From positions 125-64,124 of the forward strand of contig JBJXFR010000071.1 in the NCBI GenBank assembly GCA_046155785.1: a stretch of 64,000 nt of DNA, written 5' to 3'. The position numbers and the translations under genes were made by a program. This document shows positions 49,172-59,451 of this stretch, one piece after another; the stretch's first letter is position 1; every line of letters starts with the position of its first letter. This stretch comes from Blastocatellia bacterium (GTDB taxonomy: Bacteria; Acidobacteriota; Blastocatellia; RBC074). The notes under the pieces are model-generated. The model had not been told where the DNA came from, made no database searches, and saw nothing but the letters and a program-made list of their open reading frames with translations.

Positions 49172-49829
49172 TTCTTCGCCGCGTAGCGGCGGCTGACTTT
49201 AGCCGTGGGTTTTCAACCCACGGTAAGCAATCGAATAAATCCCGCGTCGCGTCAGCGACGCCTGAATTTGGTGAGGGAAAAATGGCCAACACCTACACCG
49301 CTTTGTTTTATCACATTGTTTTCAGCACCAAGAATCGCGCTCCGTTTATCAAACCGGAACTTGAAACACGCATTTGGGAATACGTCGGCGGTGTAGCTCG
49401 TCATCACAAAATGACGGCCATTCAAATCGGCGGCATCGAAGATCATTTGCATGCTTTGGTTATGGCTCCGGCAACCTTGTCGCCGTCCGAAATTGCTAAG
49501 TACCTGAAAGGCGATTCGTCCAGTTGGATTCACGAAGAGTTTCCCGATTTGCGAGATTTCGGTTGGCAGGATGGTTATGGAGCCTTCACCGTCAGCAAAG
49601 CGAATGTGCCGAACATCGTTGGGTATATCCAAAACCAACGAACGCATCACCAGAAGCAGAGCTTCCAGGAAGAGTATGTCGAGTTTTTGAAGAAGGCTGG
49701 CGTGGATTATGACGAGCGGTACTTGTGGGGATGATTCAGGCGTCGCTACGCGACGCGGATTTTGTTTTGACGCTTTCCGTGGGTTGAAAACCCACGGCTA
49801 AAGTCAGCCGCCGCTAGCGCGGCGAAGAA
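49172..49829 (+). mobile_element. IS200-type element / REPtron: Y1 transposase gene flanked by two nested pairs of REP-like inverted repeats
   Basis: The outer IR TTCTTCGCCGCGTAGCGGCGGCTGACTTTAGCCGTGGGTTTTCAACCCACGG (49172-49223) faces its inverse at 49777-49829. The inner IR CCCGCGTCGCGTCAGCGACGCCTGAAT (49241-49267) faces 49734-49758. Each arm contains its own hairpins. Confidence 0.75.
49282..49734 (+). CDS. tnpA: IS200/IS605-family Y1 (HUH) transposase TnpA
   Basis: LFYHIVFSTKNRAPFI, the HUH motif DHLHALV, and the catalytic Tyr region GYIQNQRTHH. 150 aa. Confidence 0.9.
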   Translation: MANTYTALFYHIVFSTKNRAPFIKPELETRIWEYVGGVARHHKMTAIQIGGIEDHLHALVMAPATLSPSEIAKYLKGDSSSWIHEEFPDLRDFGWQDGYGAFTVSKANVPNIVGYIQNQRTHHQKQSFQEEYVEFLKKAGVDYDERYLWG

Positions 49830-49850
49830 AATAAGAGGCACTAAAGAGCC

Positions 49851-50441
49851 ATGGACATTATTTCTGGGATAAAAAGCGAAGTTATTCAGCCACTTGCGAC
49901 CTTAGTAGTTCCAGGTTGCGTAGCGGTTGGGCCTTATATTCTCGTAGCTAAACACCACATCCCGAAAATTGTCGAGTTTTGGGAAAAATACCCGTCGGCT
50001 TTTACAGTAATCGTTCTTGTTATTGTGATTGCTTTAGGAATGCTATTGGAGGACATAGGCACATACATTGAATCAAGATTCTGGGATAAGCGGTTAAGCA
50101 AGCGTGACCCAGATCACGATGATTCTTGGGACAAATACCTGAAACTCAAGACTAAGGACGAATATGTTGGACAACGTTATTTAAGGACAATTCTCGTCAG
50201 AATGAAATTTGAGCTAGCAATGGTCCCATCAACAATTCTGTGTTGTCTTGGCTTGTCGTGGGTGAACAAGATTTACCACGTTTGGCATTGGTTCGGCGGA
50301 TACCTTTTTATAACTGTAGTGTTACTCGCCATTGCAGGATATTTATTCTATGAATCTCGCAACAGCGCAGAGGTTCTAGCCAAAACAAGAAAGAAACTGA
50401 TCCAAGCAATTCAAGAAGAGAAGGCACAAACTAAATTGTAA
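49851..50441 (+). CDS. Hypothetical 4-TM membrane protein, AT-rich orphan
   Basis: 196-aa ORF whose composition is clearly AT-richer than the flanks. TM segments LATLVVPGCVAVGPYILV, FTVIVLVIVIALGMLL, VPSTILCCLGLSWV, YLFITVVLLAIAGYLFY. Confidence 0.55.
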   Translation: MDIISGIKSEVIQPLATLVVPGCVAVGPYILVAKHHIPKIVEFWEKYPSAFTVIVLVIVIALGMLLEDIGTYIESRFWDKRLSKRDPDHDDSWDKYLKLKTKDEYVGQRYLRTILVRMKFELAMVPSTILCCLGLSWVNKIYHVWHWFGGYLFITVVLLAIAGYLFYESRNSAEVLAKTRKKLIQAIQEEKAQTKL

Positions 50442-50453
50442 GTAGGAAAGTCT

Positions 50454-51596
50454 ATGAGTAAAAAAACTTTGAACATCGGTTTAGTCGGGTACGGTTTTAT
50501 GGGGCGCACGCATTCCAACGCGTTCCTGCAAGCCGGGCGTTTCTTTGATCTTCCGTATCAGCCGGTTCTGAAGGCCGTCTGCGCGCGGAATCCTGATCGA
50601 GTGAAATCGTTTGCAGATAACTGGGGCTATGAGTCCATCGAAACCGACTGGCGCAAGATGGTCGAGCGCAAGGACATTGATCTGATTGACATCGCCAGTC
50701 CGAACGACACGCACGCGGAAATCGCCATTGCCGCCGCCAAGGCTGGCAAGATGGTCATGTGCGAAAAGCCTCTGGGTCGCAATGCCGCAGAGGCTCAGGC
50801 AATGGTTGATGCCGTCGAAGCCGCCAAAGTCCCGAACACGGTCTGGTACAACTACCGCCGAGTTCCCGCAGTGACGATGTTGAAGAATCTGATTGACGAA
50901 GGCCGCTTTGGGCGAATCTTCCATTACCGCGCTAAGTTCTTGCAGGATTGGACGATTTCGCAGGATTTACCTCAGGGCGGCGAAGGATTGTGGCGTTTGG
51001 ACGTAGCCGTCGCAGGCAGCGGCGTGACTGGCGATTTGCTGGCTCACAACATTGACACAGCGATGTGGCTGAACGGTTCGATCAAGGAAGTTTCGGCAAT
51101 GACCGAAACCTTCATCAAAGAGCGCAAGCACAATCTGACCGGTGAAGTTCAGCCCGTATGCATTGACGATGCCAGTTTGTTTATGTGCCGGTTTGATAAC
51201 GGCTCGCTGGCTTCGTTTGAAGCGACTAGGTACGCGCGCGGTCACAAGGCGCTTTACACGCTGGAAATCAACGGCGAGCACGCTTCGGCTTTCTGGGATT
51301 TGCACGACCTGCATCGCATTCAATACTTCGATCATCGCGACGAAGGTCAGTTGCGCGGCTGGCGCAGCATTCACATCACGGACGGCGATCATCCGTACAT
51401 GAATCGCTGGTGGGTTCCGGGTTTACAGATTGGTTACGAACACACCTTCATTCACCAGTTCGCCGACTTTGCCCAGGCCGTTGGCGAAGGCAAAGAATGC
51501 GCGCCGACTTTCCGCGATGGTTTGGCGACGGATGCCGTGTGCGACGCCGTTCTGAAATCCGCGAAATCCCGGCAGTGGGAAAACGTCGCCAAGTAA
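50454..51596 (+). CDS. Gfo/Idh/MocA-family NAD(P)-dependent oxidoreductase
   Basis: N-terminal Rossmann motif [20 protein letters not shown] motif (CEKPLGRN). C-terminal alpha/beta dimerisation domain. Confidence 0.9.
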   Translation: MSKKTLNIGLVGYGFMGRTHSNAFLQAGRFFDLPYQPVLKAVCARNPDRVKSFADNWGYESIETDWRKMVERKDIDLIDIASPNDTHAEIAIAAAKAGKMVMCEKPLGRNAAEAQAMVDAVEAAKVPNTVWYNYRRVPAVTMLKNLIDEGRFGRIFHYRAKFLQDWTISQDLPQGGEGLWRLDVAVAGSGVTGDLLAHNIDTAMWLNGSIKEVSAMTETFIKERKHNLTGEVQPVCIDDASLFMCRFDNGSLASFEATRYARGHKALYTLEINGEHASAFWDLHDLHRIQYFDHRDEGQLRGWRSIHITDGDHPYMNRWWVPGLQIGYEHTFIHQFADFAQAVGEGKECAPTFRDGLATDAVCDAVLKSAKSRQWENVAK

Positions 51597-51610
51597 ACCT
51601 GCCCAACACT

Positions 51611-51952
51611 ATGGTCGAATTGACCGGTAAAACTTTCAGAGCTGTTATCAATTCAACCAACGGCACCATCAATTCAGAAACGACCATGACGTTCGTTTCT
51701 GAAGATGGCGCGTTGGTTGGAGTTTACAGCGGCGGAACTGTTGCCAGCGGCAGCGTTATCGCTCGGCGAACTGGCGAACAAACCATTGAAATGCTTTATC
51801 AATGCCTGACCGTGACTGGCGAATTGCGCGCGGGGCATGCTTTGGGAAGATTTGAAGCCGATGATCGCCAGCAATTGCGAATGCATCTGGATTGGCAATG
51901 GCTGACCGGCGATCAATCAACAGGTCAGTCTGAATGGGTCTGGGAGCGATAA
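51611..51952 (+). CDS. Hypothetical small protein (113 aa)
   Basis: ATG 51611 lies 15 nt after the previous stop. The upstream part of ORF 51410-51952 overlaps the oxidoreductase gene. Confidence 0.5.
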   Translation: MVELTGKTFRAVINSTNGTINSETTMTFVSEDGALVGVYSGGTVASGSVIARRTGEQTIEMLYQCLTVTGELRAGHALGRFEADDRQQLRMHLDWQWLTGDQSTGQSEWVWER

Positions 51953-52005
51953 ACTCACCGACAAAATTTCCGCGAAATAACCCCTGTGAACCAATGGAGA
52001 ACCAA

Positions 52006-52800
52006 ATGAAAAGACTTGCTGTAATTTCTGCCGCTTTGTTTGCGATGACGCTTTTGACCTTTGCAGTCATTGCTCAACAAGGGCAACAAGGCCCGCCACC
52101 GCAAGGTGGGCAACCGCGCCCTGCTGGCGGGCAAGGTCGCGGGCCGGGCATTGAAGCTCTGGTAATGGACGACCACTCCGGATTTGAATCGCTCTTTGAC
52201 GGCGCTACTTTGAAAGGCTGGGACGGCGATCCGCAATTCTGGCGCGCTGAAAACGGCACGATCATCGGCGAAAGCACGGCGGAAAAACCGGTCAAGCTCA
52301 ACACGTTTTTGATCTATCGCGGCAGCATGCCGGGCGACTTTGAGTTGAAAGTAGACCTCAAAATGAACTCGACCAACACCGGCATTCAATACCGCAGCAT
52401 CGAATTGCCCGGCGTAGACAAGTGGGTGCTCAAGGGGTATCAGGCTGATATGGATTTTGCCAACCAATACACCGGCCTTTTATATGAAGAGCGTGGACGC
52501 GCCTTTCTCGCGCCGCGCGGGCAAATGGTGCATGTTGGGCCGGGCGGCAAAAAGCGCGTCATCGCCAACTTGCGCAATGCCGATGAACTTAAGGCTACGA
52601 TCAAAACTAACGACTGGAACACCTATCACATCATCGCGCGCGGCAACCGGCTGACGCACATAATCAACGGCAACCTGTTTTCAGAAGCGATTGACGACGA
52701 CCCAGCGGGGCGTTCGATGGGCGGTTTGCTAGGATTCCAAATACACACAGGCCCGCCGATGAAGCTGGAACTGCGTAACATCTGGTTGAAAAATTTGTAA
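52006..52800 (+). CDS. DUF1080 (3-keto-disaccharide hydrolase-like, concanavalin fold) secreted protein
   Basis: GGAGA SD. Signal peptide. [69 protein letters not shown]. Confidence 0.85.
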   Translation: MKRLAVISAALFAMTLLTFAVIAQQGQQGPPPQGGQPRPAGGQGRGPGIEALVMDDHSGFESLFDGATLKGWDGDPQFWRAENGTIIGESTAEKPVKLNTFLIYRGSMPGDFELKVDLKMNSTNTGIQYRSIELPGVDKWVLKGYQADMDFANQYTGLLYEERGRAFLAPRGQMVHVGPGGKKRVIANLRNADELKATIKTNDWNTYHIIARGNRLTHIINGNLFSEAIDDDPAGRSMGGLLGFQIHTGPPMKLELRNIWLKNL

Positions 52801-52815
52801 GCCACACAGTCCGCC

Positions 52816-52855
52816 ATTACGGCCTGATTTTTTTTCTTTCAGGCCGTAATTTTTC
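52816..52855 (+). terminator. Rho-independent terminator
   Basis: ATTACGGCCTG, a T-rich loop, then CAGGCCGTAAT followed by TTTTT. Confidence 0.7.
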
Positions 52856-53097
52856 CTCGCCTACCTTGATCGAACTCTCTGCAGGTTTTAGTATCCGCGC
52901 ATCCTAAACAGGTCATACCAATCTTCCCGGAAAACTACGGGAAGTTCACTTTCAAAGCTTTGCTGATTTCTGACGTTGTTCTTGCACTGTTACGCCTGAA
53001 GACCCAAACACGATGGGCCTTGCGCTCTTTGGGGTTCAATCGTAATCCCCGTAAATCAGGCTGGTTTTCAGCCTCGAACCTTTGTTCAGGAGGAACT

Positions 53098-56000
53098 ATG
53101 TTACGAAGCTTTTTGAAATGGTCGCTGGCCGTCCTGGCAGCGGCAATTCTTTCGATACCGGTTGCCGCTCAAGGCCTAACTGGACAAATTTCCGGCACGC
53201 TGACCGACTCCAACGGCGGCGTCGTGCCAAATGCCAAAATCGTTGTCACCAATGAAGAAACAGCTTTGACACGCGAAATCACGTCTGACAGCGATGGCAA
53301 TTTCGTTGTGCCGCAATTGCTGTCCGGCACGTACAGGATTTCTATCACCGCCAGCGGCTTCAAAAAGTTTGAGCAAAAAGGAATCGTGCTGACCGCCAAC
53401 GAACGTGTCGCCGTTCGCAAACTCACTCTGGAAGTCGGCGATGTCAGCCAAACCGTTACGGTCACAGCCGAGCAGGCTTTGGTCAAAACCGAAAGCGCCG
53501 AACGCGCGGGGTTGATTGACGAACAACAGATTCAAAGCATCGCGCTGAAAGGCCGCGATTACATGGGCTTGGTCAAGTTGCTGCCCGGCGTGGTGGACAC
53601 CGCGAACCGCGAAGCGCCCGGCTGGAATAATCTGGTCGGAGTCAGCATCAACGGCAGCCGTCCAGGCACGATCAATCTGACGCTCGACGGTGTTTCGTCG
53701 CTCGACACCGGATCGCAACTTGGGCCGTATCTGGCGCCCGGACTCGATGCCATTGGCGAAGTCAAAGTGTTGCTGACGAATTATCAGGCTGAGTATGGGC
53801 GAAGCTCCGGCGGCACAATCAATGTGGTCATCAAAAACGGCACGCGCGATTTTCACGGCGGCGGTTTTTATTTCAAACGCCACGAGCAATTCAACGCCAA
53901 CGAATTTTTCAATAACCTGCGCAACGTGTCTAAACCACGCTACCGGTTCAATTACTGGGGCGGCAACATCGGCGGTCCAGTGTATATTCCTGGCACCAAC
54001 TTTAACAAAAACAAAGACAAGCTTTTTTTCTTCTGGTCGCAGGAATATTTGCCGCGCCTGTATCCCACGCGGCAAGGCACGATCACTTATCCGACGGCGT
54101 TGGAACGCGCAGGCGATTTCTCGCAAAGCCTTGATACCAATGGCCGTTTGATCCCTGTGCGCGACCCATCGAAAACCGGCGCTTGCACGTTGACCGATAC
54201 TACGGCGTGCTTCCCCGGCAACAAAATTCCAGCCAATCGCATTGACGCCAACGGGCAAAAACTGTTGAGCATTTTCCCATTGCCGAATTTCAGCAATTCG
54301 GCGAACACCTTCAATAACGTCTTCCAGAGTCAGGTAGATCAACCGCGCCGCGAAGAGATTTTGCGCATGGACTGGAACATTTCTGACAAGACGACTTTTT
54401 ATGCTCGCGGCATTCAGAATTACGAAGCATTCAAAGGCGATTTCAATTTCGTGCTGGCTTCAAACGTCTGGCCGCAATTCCCGATCAAGTATCAAATCGA
54501 AAGCCGCGGGGTGGTCAGCACTTTGATTCACAGCTTTTCGCCTACGCTAACTAATGAATTCACCTTTGGAATCAATCGCGCGCTGCAAACCGTCAATCCG
54601 CTCAATCAGGAAGGTATTGACCGTAACGACCGCGTCAAGCTGGGACTGACCTTGCCGCAATTTTTCCCCGGAGCAAATCCGTTGCGCCTGATTCCGAATG
54701 CCACTTTCGGCGGCATTTCCAATGCGCCGCAGTTCAACATCGAACAACGGTTTCCGTTTTTCGGCACGAACAACATCTGGAATTACTCCGATAACCTGTC
54801 CTGGATCAAAGGCAATCACAACATGAAAGCCGGGTTTTACTTCGAGTACACCACGCGCAACGCGGCACGCTCGGCGGCATTCAATGGCACGTTCAATTTT
54901 GATCGCAACGTCAACAACCCCCAGGACACCAATCACCCGTTTGCCAATGCGCTGATCGGCTCAGTCAACGCTTATACCGAATCGAACAATAAGCTTGATG
55001 GTCACGCGCGGTATCGCAATATTGAATGGTTCGCGCAAGACAACTGGAAGGTGGCCAAGCGGTTCTCGGTGGACGCGGGCATACGCTTCTATTACATCGA
55101 ACCGACCTACAGCGAAAGTGATCCGTTGGTCTATTTCGACCGTTCACTGTATGACGCCACGAAACAGCCAGTACTAATCGCGCCGCATTGCCTGACGGCA
55201 AATCCGTGTTCGGGCAATAACCGCGTAGGGCGAAACCCTGTGACGGGCGCAATCCTGCCGTCTGTCAAAATCGGCACTTTTGCCGACGGCTCAGGCACGC
55301 AGTTTCAGGGCATGAAGCAAGTGTCCGAGCGCGTCTTCAAAACGCCGCCGATTCAGGTAGCGCCGCGCCTAGGCTTTGCCTACGACCTTTTCGGGGACGG
55401 CAAGACTTCGGTGCGTGGTGGCATCGGCGTTTTTTATGATCGTTTCAACGACGATCAAGTGTTGCAACAACGCGAACAGCCGCCGAACATCATTACGCGC
55501 ACGGCTAATTTCACAACCATCAAAGACCTGCTGGCAACACCGCTCAGCACCAGCCCGGCGGGCGTCAATGCCGTAGACCCGACATTTTCCCCGACGGCTG
55601 TCTATAACTTCAGCCTCGGTGTGCAACGCGACATTGGATTCAACACGGTGCTGGACGTGGCGTATGCCGGTTCGCTGGCGCGTCACCTGCTGCAACGGCT
55701 TAGCCTGAACGCTGTGCCGTATGGCGCGCGCTTCCTGCCATCGAGCATTGATTCAACAGTCGCCGGCGGAACGACACCGTTGCCGGACAATTTCCTGCGT
55801 CCGATCAAAGGCTACGCCGATATTCAGTTGATCGAAACGGGCGGCAACTCTAACTACCATTCATTACAAGTGCAGTTGAATCGCCGTATGTCGAAAAGCT
55901 TGTCTTACGGAGTGAGTTACACCTGGTCGAAGGCGATGAGCCTGGTCAACGGCAACGGTGACGCCATCAATCCGTTCATTGATCGCCAGGTGCGCAATTA

Positions 56001-56661
56001 CGGCAGATTCAGTTTCGACCGCACGCACAACTTCGTCCTCAATTACGTCTACCGGATTCCCAGTCTGAGTCAATATTGGGACAACGGTGTGTCGCGCCAA
56101 GTTTTTGGTGGCTGGGAATTGTCTGGCGTCACATCCTTCGTCAGTGGCGCGCCTTCGGGCATCGGTTACGCACTGGTGGCAGCGCGTGACCTGGTCGGCG
56201 GCGGCGGCGCGGGCGTTGACAGCCGTGTCGTGTTGGTTGCCAACCCTGTGCTGGCGCGCGATCAGCGTAATGGAGTCTGCGCTCACGCCTTTGCCGCCAC
56301 AGCAACGGCAGCGCAAACGACCGCGGTAGGAGGATGTCATCTGAATGTCAACTCCGTCTTGGCCCCCACGGCGGCGGGCGATTTCGGCAGAGGAAACGCA
56401 GCGAAAGACCTGTTCCGCTTGCCCGGCACTAACAACTGGGACATCTCTTTGTTCAAGACCTTCAACCTTGCGCCCGAAGGCAAAGTGCGTTTGCAGTATC
56501 GTCTGGAAATGTACAACGCCTTCAACCACACGCAATTCAACGGCGTAGACACCACCGCCCGCTTTGACGCGAATAACAATCAAGTCAACGCGCTGTTCGG
56601 TTCTTACACCGGCGCCGCCAACGCGCGCCGCATCGTCATGGGATTGAAATTGAACTTCTAA
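53098..56661 (+). CDS. TonB-dependent outer-membrane receptor with N-terminal CarboxypepD_reg domain
   Basis: AGGAGG SD. Signal peptide. GQISGTLTDSNGGVVPNAKIVVTNEET..GNFVVPQLLSGTYRISI. A plug region follows, then a long beta-barrel ending ..RRIVMGLKLNF (terminal Phe). Confidence 0.85.
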   Translation: MLRSFLKWSLAVLAAAILSIPVAAQGLTGQISGTLTDSNGGVVPNAKIVVTNEETALTREITSDSDGNFVVPQLLSGTYRISITASGFKKFEQKGIVLTANERVAVRKLTLEVGDVSQTVTVTAEQALVKTESAERAGLIDEQQIQSIALKGRDYMGLVKLLPGVVDTANREAPGWNNLVGVSINGSRPGTINLTLDGVSSLDTGSQLGPYLAPGLDAIGEVKVLLTNYQAEYGRSSGGTINVVIKNGTRDFHGGGFYFKRHEQFNANEFFNNLRNVSKPRYRFNYWGGNIGGPVYIPGTNFNKNKDKLFFFWSQEYLPRLYPTRQGTITYPTALERAGDFSQSLDTNGRLIPVRDPSKTGACTLTDTTACFPGNKIPANRIDANGQKLLSIFPLPNFSNSANTFNNVFQSQVDQPRREEILRMDWNISDKTTFYARGIQNYEAFKGDFNFVLASNVWPQFPIKYQIESRGVVSTLIHSFSPTLTNEFTFGINRALQTVNPLNQEGIDRNDRVKLGLTLPQFFPGANPLRLIPNATFGGISNAPQFNIEQRFPFFGTNNIWNYSDNLSWIKGNHNMKAGFYFEYTTRNAARSAAFNGTFNFDRNVNNPQDTNHPFANALIGSVNAYTESNNKLDGHARYRNIEWFAQDNWKVAKRFSVDAGIRFYYIEPTYSESDPLVYFDRSLYDATKQPVLIAPHCLTANPCSGNNRVGRNPVTGAILPSVKIGTFADGSGTQFQGMKQVSERVFKTPPIQVAPRLGFAYDLFGDGKTSVRGGIGVFYDRFNDDQVLQQREQPPNIITRTANFTTIKDLLATPLSTSPAGVNAVDPTFSPTAVYNFSLGVQRDIGFNTVLDVAYAGSLARHLLQRLSLNAVPYGARFLPSSIDSTVAGGTTPLPDNFLRPIKGYADIQLIETGGNSNYHSLQVQLNRRMSKSLSYGVSYTWSKAMSLVNGNGDAINPFIDRQVRNYGRFSFDRTHNFVLNYVYRIPSLSQYWDNGVSRQVFGGWELSGVTSFVSGAPSGIGYALVAARDLVGGGGAGVDSRVVLVANPVLARDQRNGVCAHAFAATATAAQTTAVGGCHLNVNSVLAPTAAGDFGRGNAAKDLFRLPGTNNWDISLFKTFNLAPEGKVRLQYRLEMYNAFNHTQFNGVDTTARFDANNNQVNALFGSYTGAANARRIVMGLKLNF

Positions 56662-56679
56662 AGTTCGGAATCTATCTCC

Positions 56680-56732
56680 AAAACAAAATTGCCGCAGTGG
56701 AGAGTCTTCTCCGCTGCGGCGATTTTGTTTTT
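56680..56732. terminator. Bidirectional terminator between convergent genes
   Basis: AAAACAAAATTGCCGCAG..(inner GGAGA/TCTCC)..CTGCGGCGATTTTGTTTT. This is an 18-bp outer stem with A/T runs on both sides. Confidence 0.7.
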
Positions 56733-56747
56733 GGAAACAACTCGGAA

Positions 56748-57842
56748 CTACTTGCTCAGAACCAAAACTCCCCAGGGATTTCCGGGCAGCTTCAGCCTCT
56801 TCGTCACCGTCTGGCTGGCGACATCAACCACCGAAACATCCTGAGCCGGGCCGTTGGCCGTGAACAAAGTCTTGCCATCCGGCGAAAGCCCAATTCCCCA
56901 AGGACGCACGCCAACTTCAAACGAGCCGGTCACCGTGTTGGTTTTGGTGTCAATCACAAAGACTTTTTTGCCGCGCCCGGCGCTGACAAAAAGCTGTGCG
57001 GCATCCGCCGACAACGCAAAGCCCATCGGTTTGATTTCTCCAGCCGCGCCAAGCTGGATCGTTTGCGTCATCGTATTTTTCACCGCATCGAACACAGCAA
57101 CCGTGCCATCATTTTCCGCCGTCACGTAAGCCCGTTTGCCGTCGGGCAAAAATTGAATATTGCGCGGGCGACGGCCAATCTTGAAGCTTTTGATTTTCTT
57201 TCGCGCGGCGACATCCACAACGGTGACAGTTCCGTCATTTTCTTCTGTCGTGTAAACCATCTTGCCGTCGGGAGCCAAAGCCACGCCTTCGGCTTCGCCG
57301 CCAGTCAAAACGGTTTGAATCAATTTGCCGGTTGGAACATCCACAAAGCTGACACCGCCAATGTCTTCGTTTGAAACAAAAATCGTGTTTCCGTCACGGC
57401 TGATGTCAAAGTTTTCCGGGTCGGAGCCGCTTTCCAGAATTCTGACGATCTTGTTTTGCTCAACGTCGTAAACGCCTATGCCATCTGCGCTTTTATCCGG
57501 CGGAGGCAGCGTGCTTTCGTCCACTCCCGGCGGAGCCATCGGCGAACCGCTCAGCGCCACGTAAATCGTTTTGCCGTCAGGGCTGGCGTGAATGCCTCGC
57601 GGACGTTTGCCCAAGGGAACCGTGCCGATGACTTCCAGCGTAGTCCCGTCAATGATGCTCAGGTCGCCGGAAGTTTCATTGGTCACAAAAATGCGATAGC
57701 CCGATTTCCACTCAGGGATTTTTGCCGCCGTCGCAGCGGGAGCGGTTGCCGCTTCTTTCGTCGCAGGCTTCGGCGATTCTTTCGAGCATCCGACAGCAGC
57801 GACCAGCAATATGGCAACAAACAAACAAACAAACTTATTCAT
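56748..57842 (-). CDS. YVTN-family beta-propeller repeat lipoprotein
   Basis: Lipobox VAAVGC. Repeats of about 40 residues (..PRGIHASPDGKTIYVA.., ..PENFDISRDGNTIFVSNE.., ..AEGVALAPDGKMVYTT.., ..PWGIGLSPDGKTLFTAN..). Confidence 0.8.
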   Translation of the reverse strand: MNKFVCLFVAILLVAAVGCSKESPKPATKEAATAPAATAAKIPEWKSGYRIFVTNETSGDLSIIDGTTLEVIGTVPLGKRPRGIHASPDGKTIYVALSGSPMAPPGVDESTLPPPDKSADGIGVYDVEQNKIVRILESGSDPENFDISRDGNTIFVSNEDIGGVSFVDVPTGKLIQTVLTGGEAEGVALAPDGKMVYTTEENDGTVTVVDVAARKKIKSFKIGRRPRNIQFLPDGKRAYVTAENDGTVAVFDAVKNTMTQTIQLGAAGEIKPMGFALSADAAQLFVSAGRGKKVFVIDTKTNTVTGSFEVGVRPWGIGLSPDGKTLFTANGPAQDVSVVDVASQTVTKRLKLPGNPWGVLVLSK

Positions 57843-57965
57843 TGAACTGATTCTCCTCAGAGGTGATGTTGCGCGAGCTGTCCAGATTGCGGTTTCGGTC
57901 AGTCACGCTTTGTGCTTCAAGAGTTCTTTCCGCGATAGGCAAACTGGACAGTTCGCCCAACATCG

Positions 57966-59333
57966 CTACTTACTAGCGCGATAACCTGAACGCGAACGAA
58001 TAACCACGTCTTTGCGCGAAGTCTGAACTTTGATCTTGCGGTATTTGCCGTCACGCACGGCGTTGGTCGAGTAATAACCGAGCAGGTATTGATGGCGCAA
58101 ATCACTGCTGATTCGCTGGAAAATATCCGGCAAATCCGGAATCTTCTCGGTTCGGTGCAACTCTCCGCCGGTGGTTTCAGCCATTGTTTTCAGGTATTGA
58201 TCCGCCGTGTTGTACGCCTTGTCCAGAGTTGTACTTATGTCGCCTGTTGGCAAACGCCCAGCAGTTTTTGGAGTTTTCGCGGCGCTTGGAACGTCTGGCT
58301 GTTTTGACTCGGAGCGAGTGTTGTCAGGGTAATCGCGCGGATCAGGCGGTCGCCGCATGTCCGGCTGGCCACCGGGTTCGCCTGGCAACGGCAAGTCTCT
58401 GCCGTCGGAAGGACGATTGTCAGGATTAGGAGCGCGTCCCGCTGGCGGCCTGCCATTCGGAGTCGGCAATTTCCACGAAGGCTGTTGATCGGCCTGACCA
58501 GATTGACCGGACTGTTGCGTTGGGACACGAGTGTCCACAGCGACTGTCGTCGAACCTGCTCTGCCAATTCCATTAACTCCAAAAACCGCGTCGAAGTCCG
58601 TCACTCGTTGTTTTCGCAACATCGTTTCAACCTGAGAGCGATTGTCATATCGAATCGGAAAAACAAGCGCTCCAGACTCTTCCACTTCCTGAATGCTGCT
58701 CTCAAAAGTGGCCGAATCGCTGCGCCAGTCAACGCCGTCAGTCAACAGGATTATCGCGCTGCGTTTGGCTTTCGCCCGCTTCAAACTGCCCAACGCATAA
58801 GCCATCGCGTCGTAAACTTTGGTTCCGCCGCTGGCCGGAATGCTGTTGATCGCATTGCGTAAAGCGTTGTGGTCGCCAGTGAAGTCGCAGCCCTCTTTGA
58901 CGGAATCATTGAAGGAAATCACGCTGACACGGTCGCTACCTCGAAGCTGTTCCAGAAACTCACGAGCCGCCATTTTGACTCGCCGCAAATCTTCCGGGTT
59001 CAGGCTTAAACCGCTGTCTATCAAAAGCACGATGTGGAACGGTTCTTTGACGTCGGCAAAAAAAGCGATGGGTTGTTTAACGCCGTCTTCGGTGATGACG
59101 AATTCTTCTTTGCGAAGGTCGGAGACATACGCATCGCTGCGGTCGCTGGCAAGAGCCGGAATCAGCGCCAGATCAGCTTCATTTTTGCCGATGGCTTGTT
59201 TGATGGCAGCTTGTTGTTCGACGGGCTGAGCTTTTTTCCCTTCGGCTGGTTTTTGAGCAGTAACGGGAACCGTGTTGAGCGCAACGAAAACGACCAACAC
59301 CAAGGCGCAAAAACGGTGAAACGCTGTTCGCAT
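57966..59333 (-). CDS. VWA domain protein of the acidobacterial VWFA-related type
   Basis: GAAGGAGG SD before ATG 59333. Signal peptide. VWA core (HIVLLIDSGLS .. GGTKVYDA .. ILLTDG). A Pro-rich spacer. C-terminal YLLGYYSTN..GKYRKIKVQTSRKDVVIRSRSGY. Confidence 0.8.
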   Translation of the reverse strand: MRTAFHRFCALVLVVFVALNTVPVTAQKPAEGKKAQPVEQQAAIKQAIGKNEADLALIPALASDRSDAYVSDLRKEEFVITEDGVKQPIAFFADVKEPFHIVLLIDSGLSLNPEDLRRVKMAAREFLEQLRGSDRVSVISFNDSVKEGCDFTGDHNALRNAINSIPASGGTKVYDAMAYALGSLKRAKAKRSAIILLTDGVDWRSDSATFESSIQEVEESGALVFPIRYDNRSQVETMLRKQRVTDFDAVFGVNGIGRAGSTTVAVDTRVPTQQSGQSGQADQQPSWKLPTPNGRPPAGRAPNPDNRPSDGRDLPLPGEPGGQPDMRRPPDPRDYPDNTRSESKQPDVPSAAKTPKTAGRLPTGDISTTLDKAYNTADQYLKTMAETTGGELHRTEKIPDLPDIFQRISSDLRHQYLLGYYSTNAVRDGKYRKIKVQTSRKDVVIRSRSGYRASK

Positions 59334-59344
59334 ACGACCTCCTT

Positions 59345-59444
59345 CATTTTCCATTTGTCATTTGGGATTTTTCAATTGTCATTGGGTGGCTGGCGCGCAA
59401 AGCCAATGACAAATATCAAATCTCAAATGACAAATGGAAAATTG
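59345..59444. repeat. Heptad-periodic hairpin element, copy 2 of 2
   Basis: CATTTTCCATTTGTCATTTGGGATTTTTCAATTGTCATTGG .. CCAATGACAAATATCAAATCTCAAATGACAAATGGAAAATTG. Confidence 0.7.
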
Positions 59445-59451
59445 ACTTGCC

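Noticed and set aside
53176-54342. 388-aa minus-strand ORF inside the TonB-dependent receptor gene
   Set aside because: Antisense shadow ORF. The receptor frame is continuous for more than 1180 codons with a CarboxypepD_reg domain and a terminal Phe.
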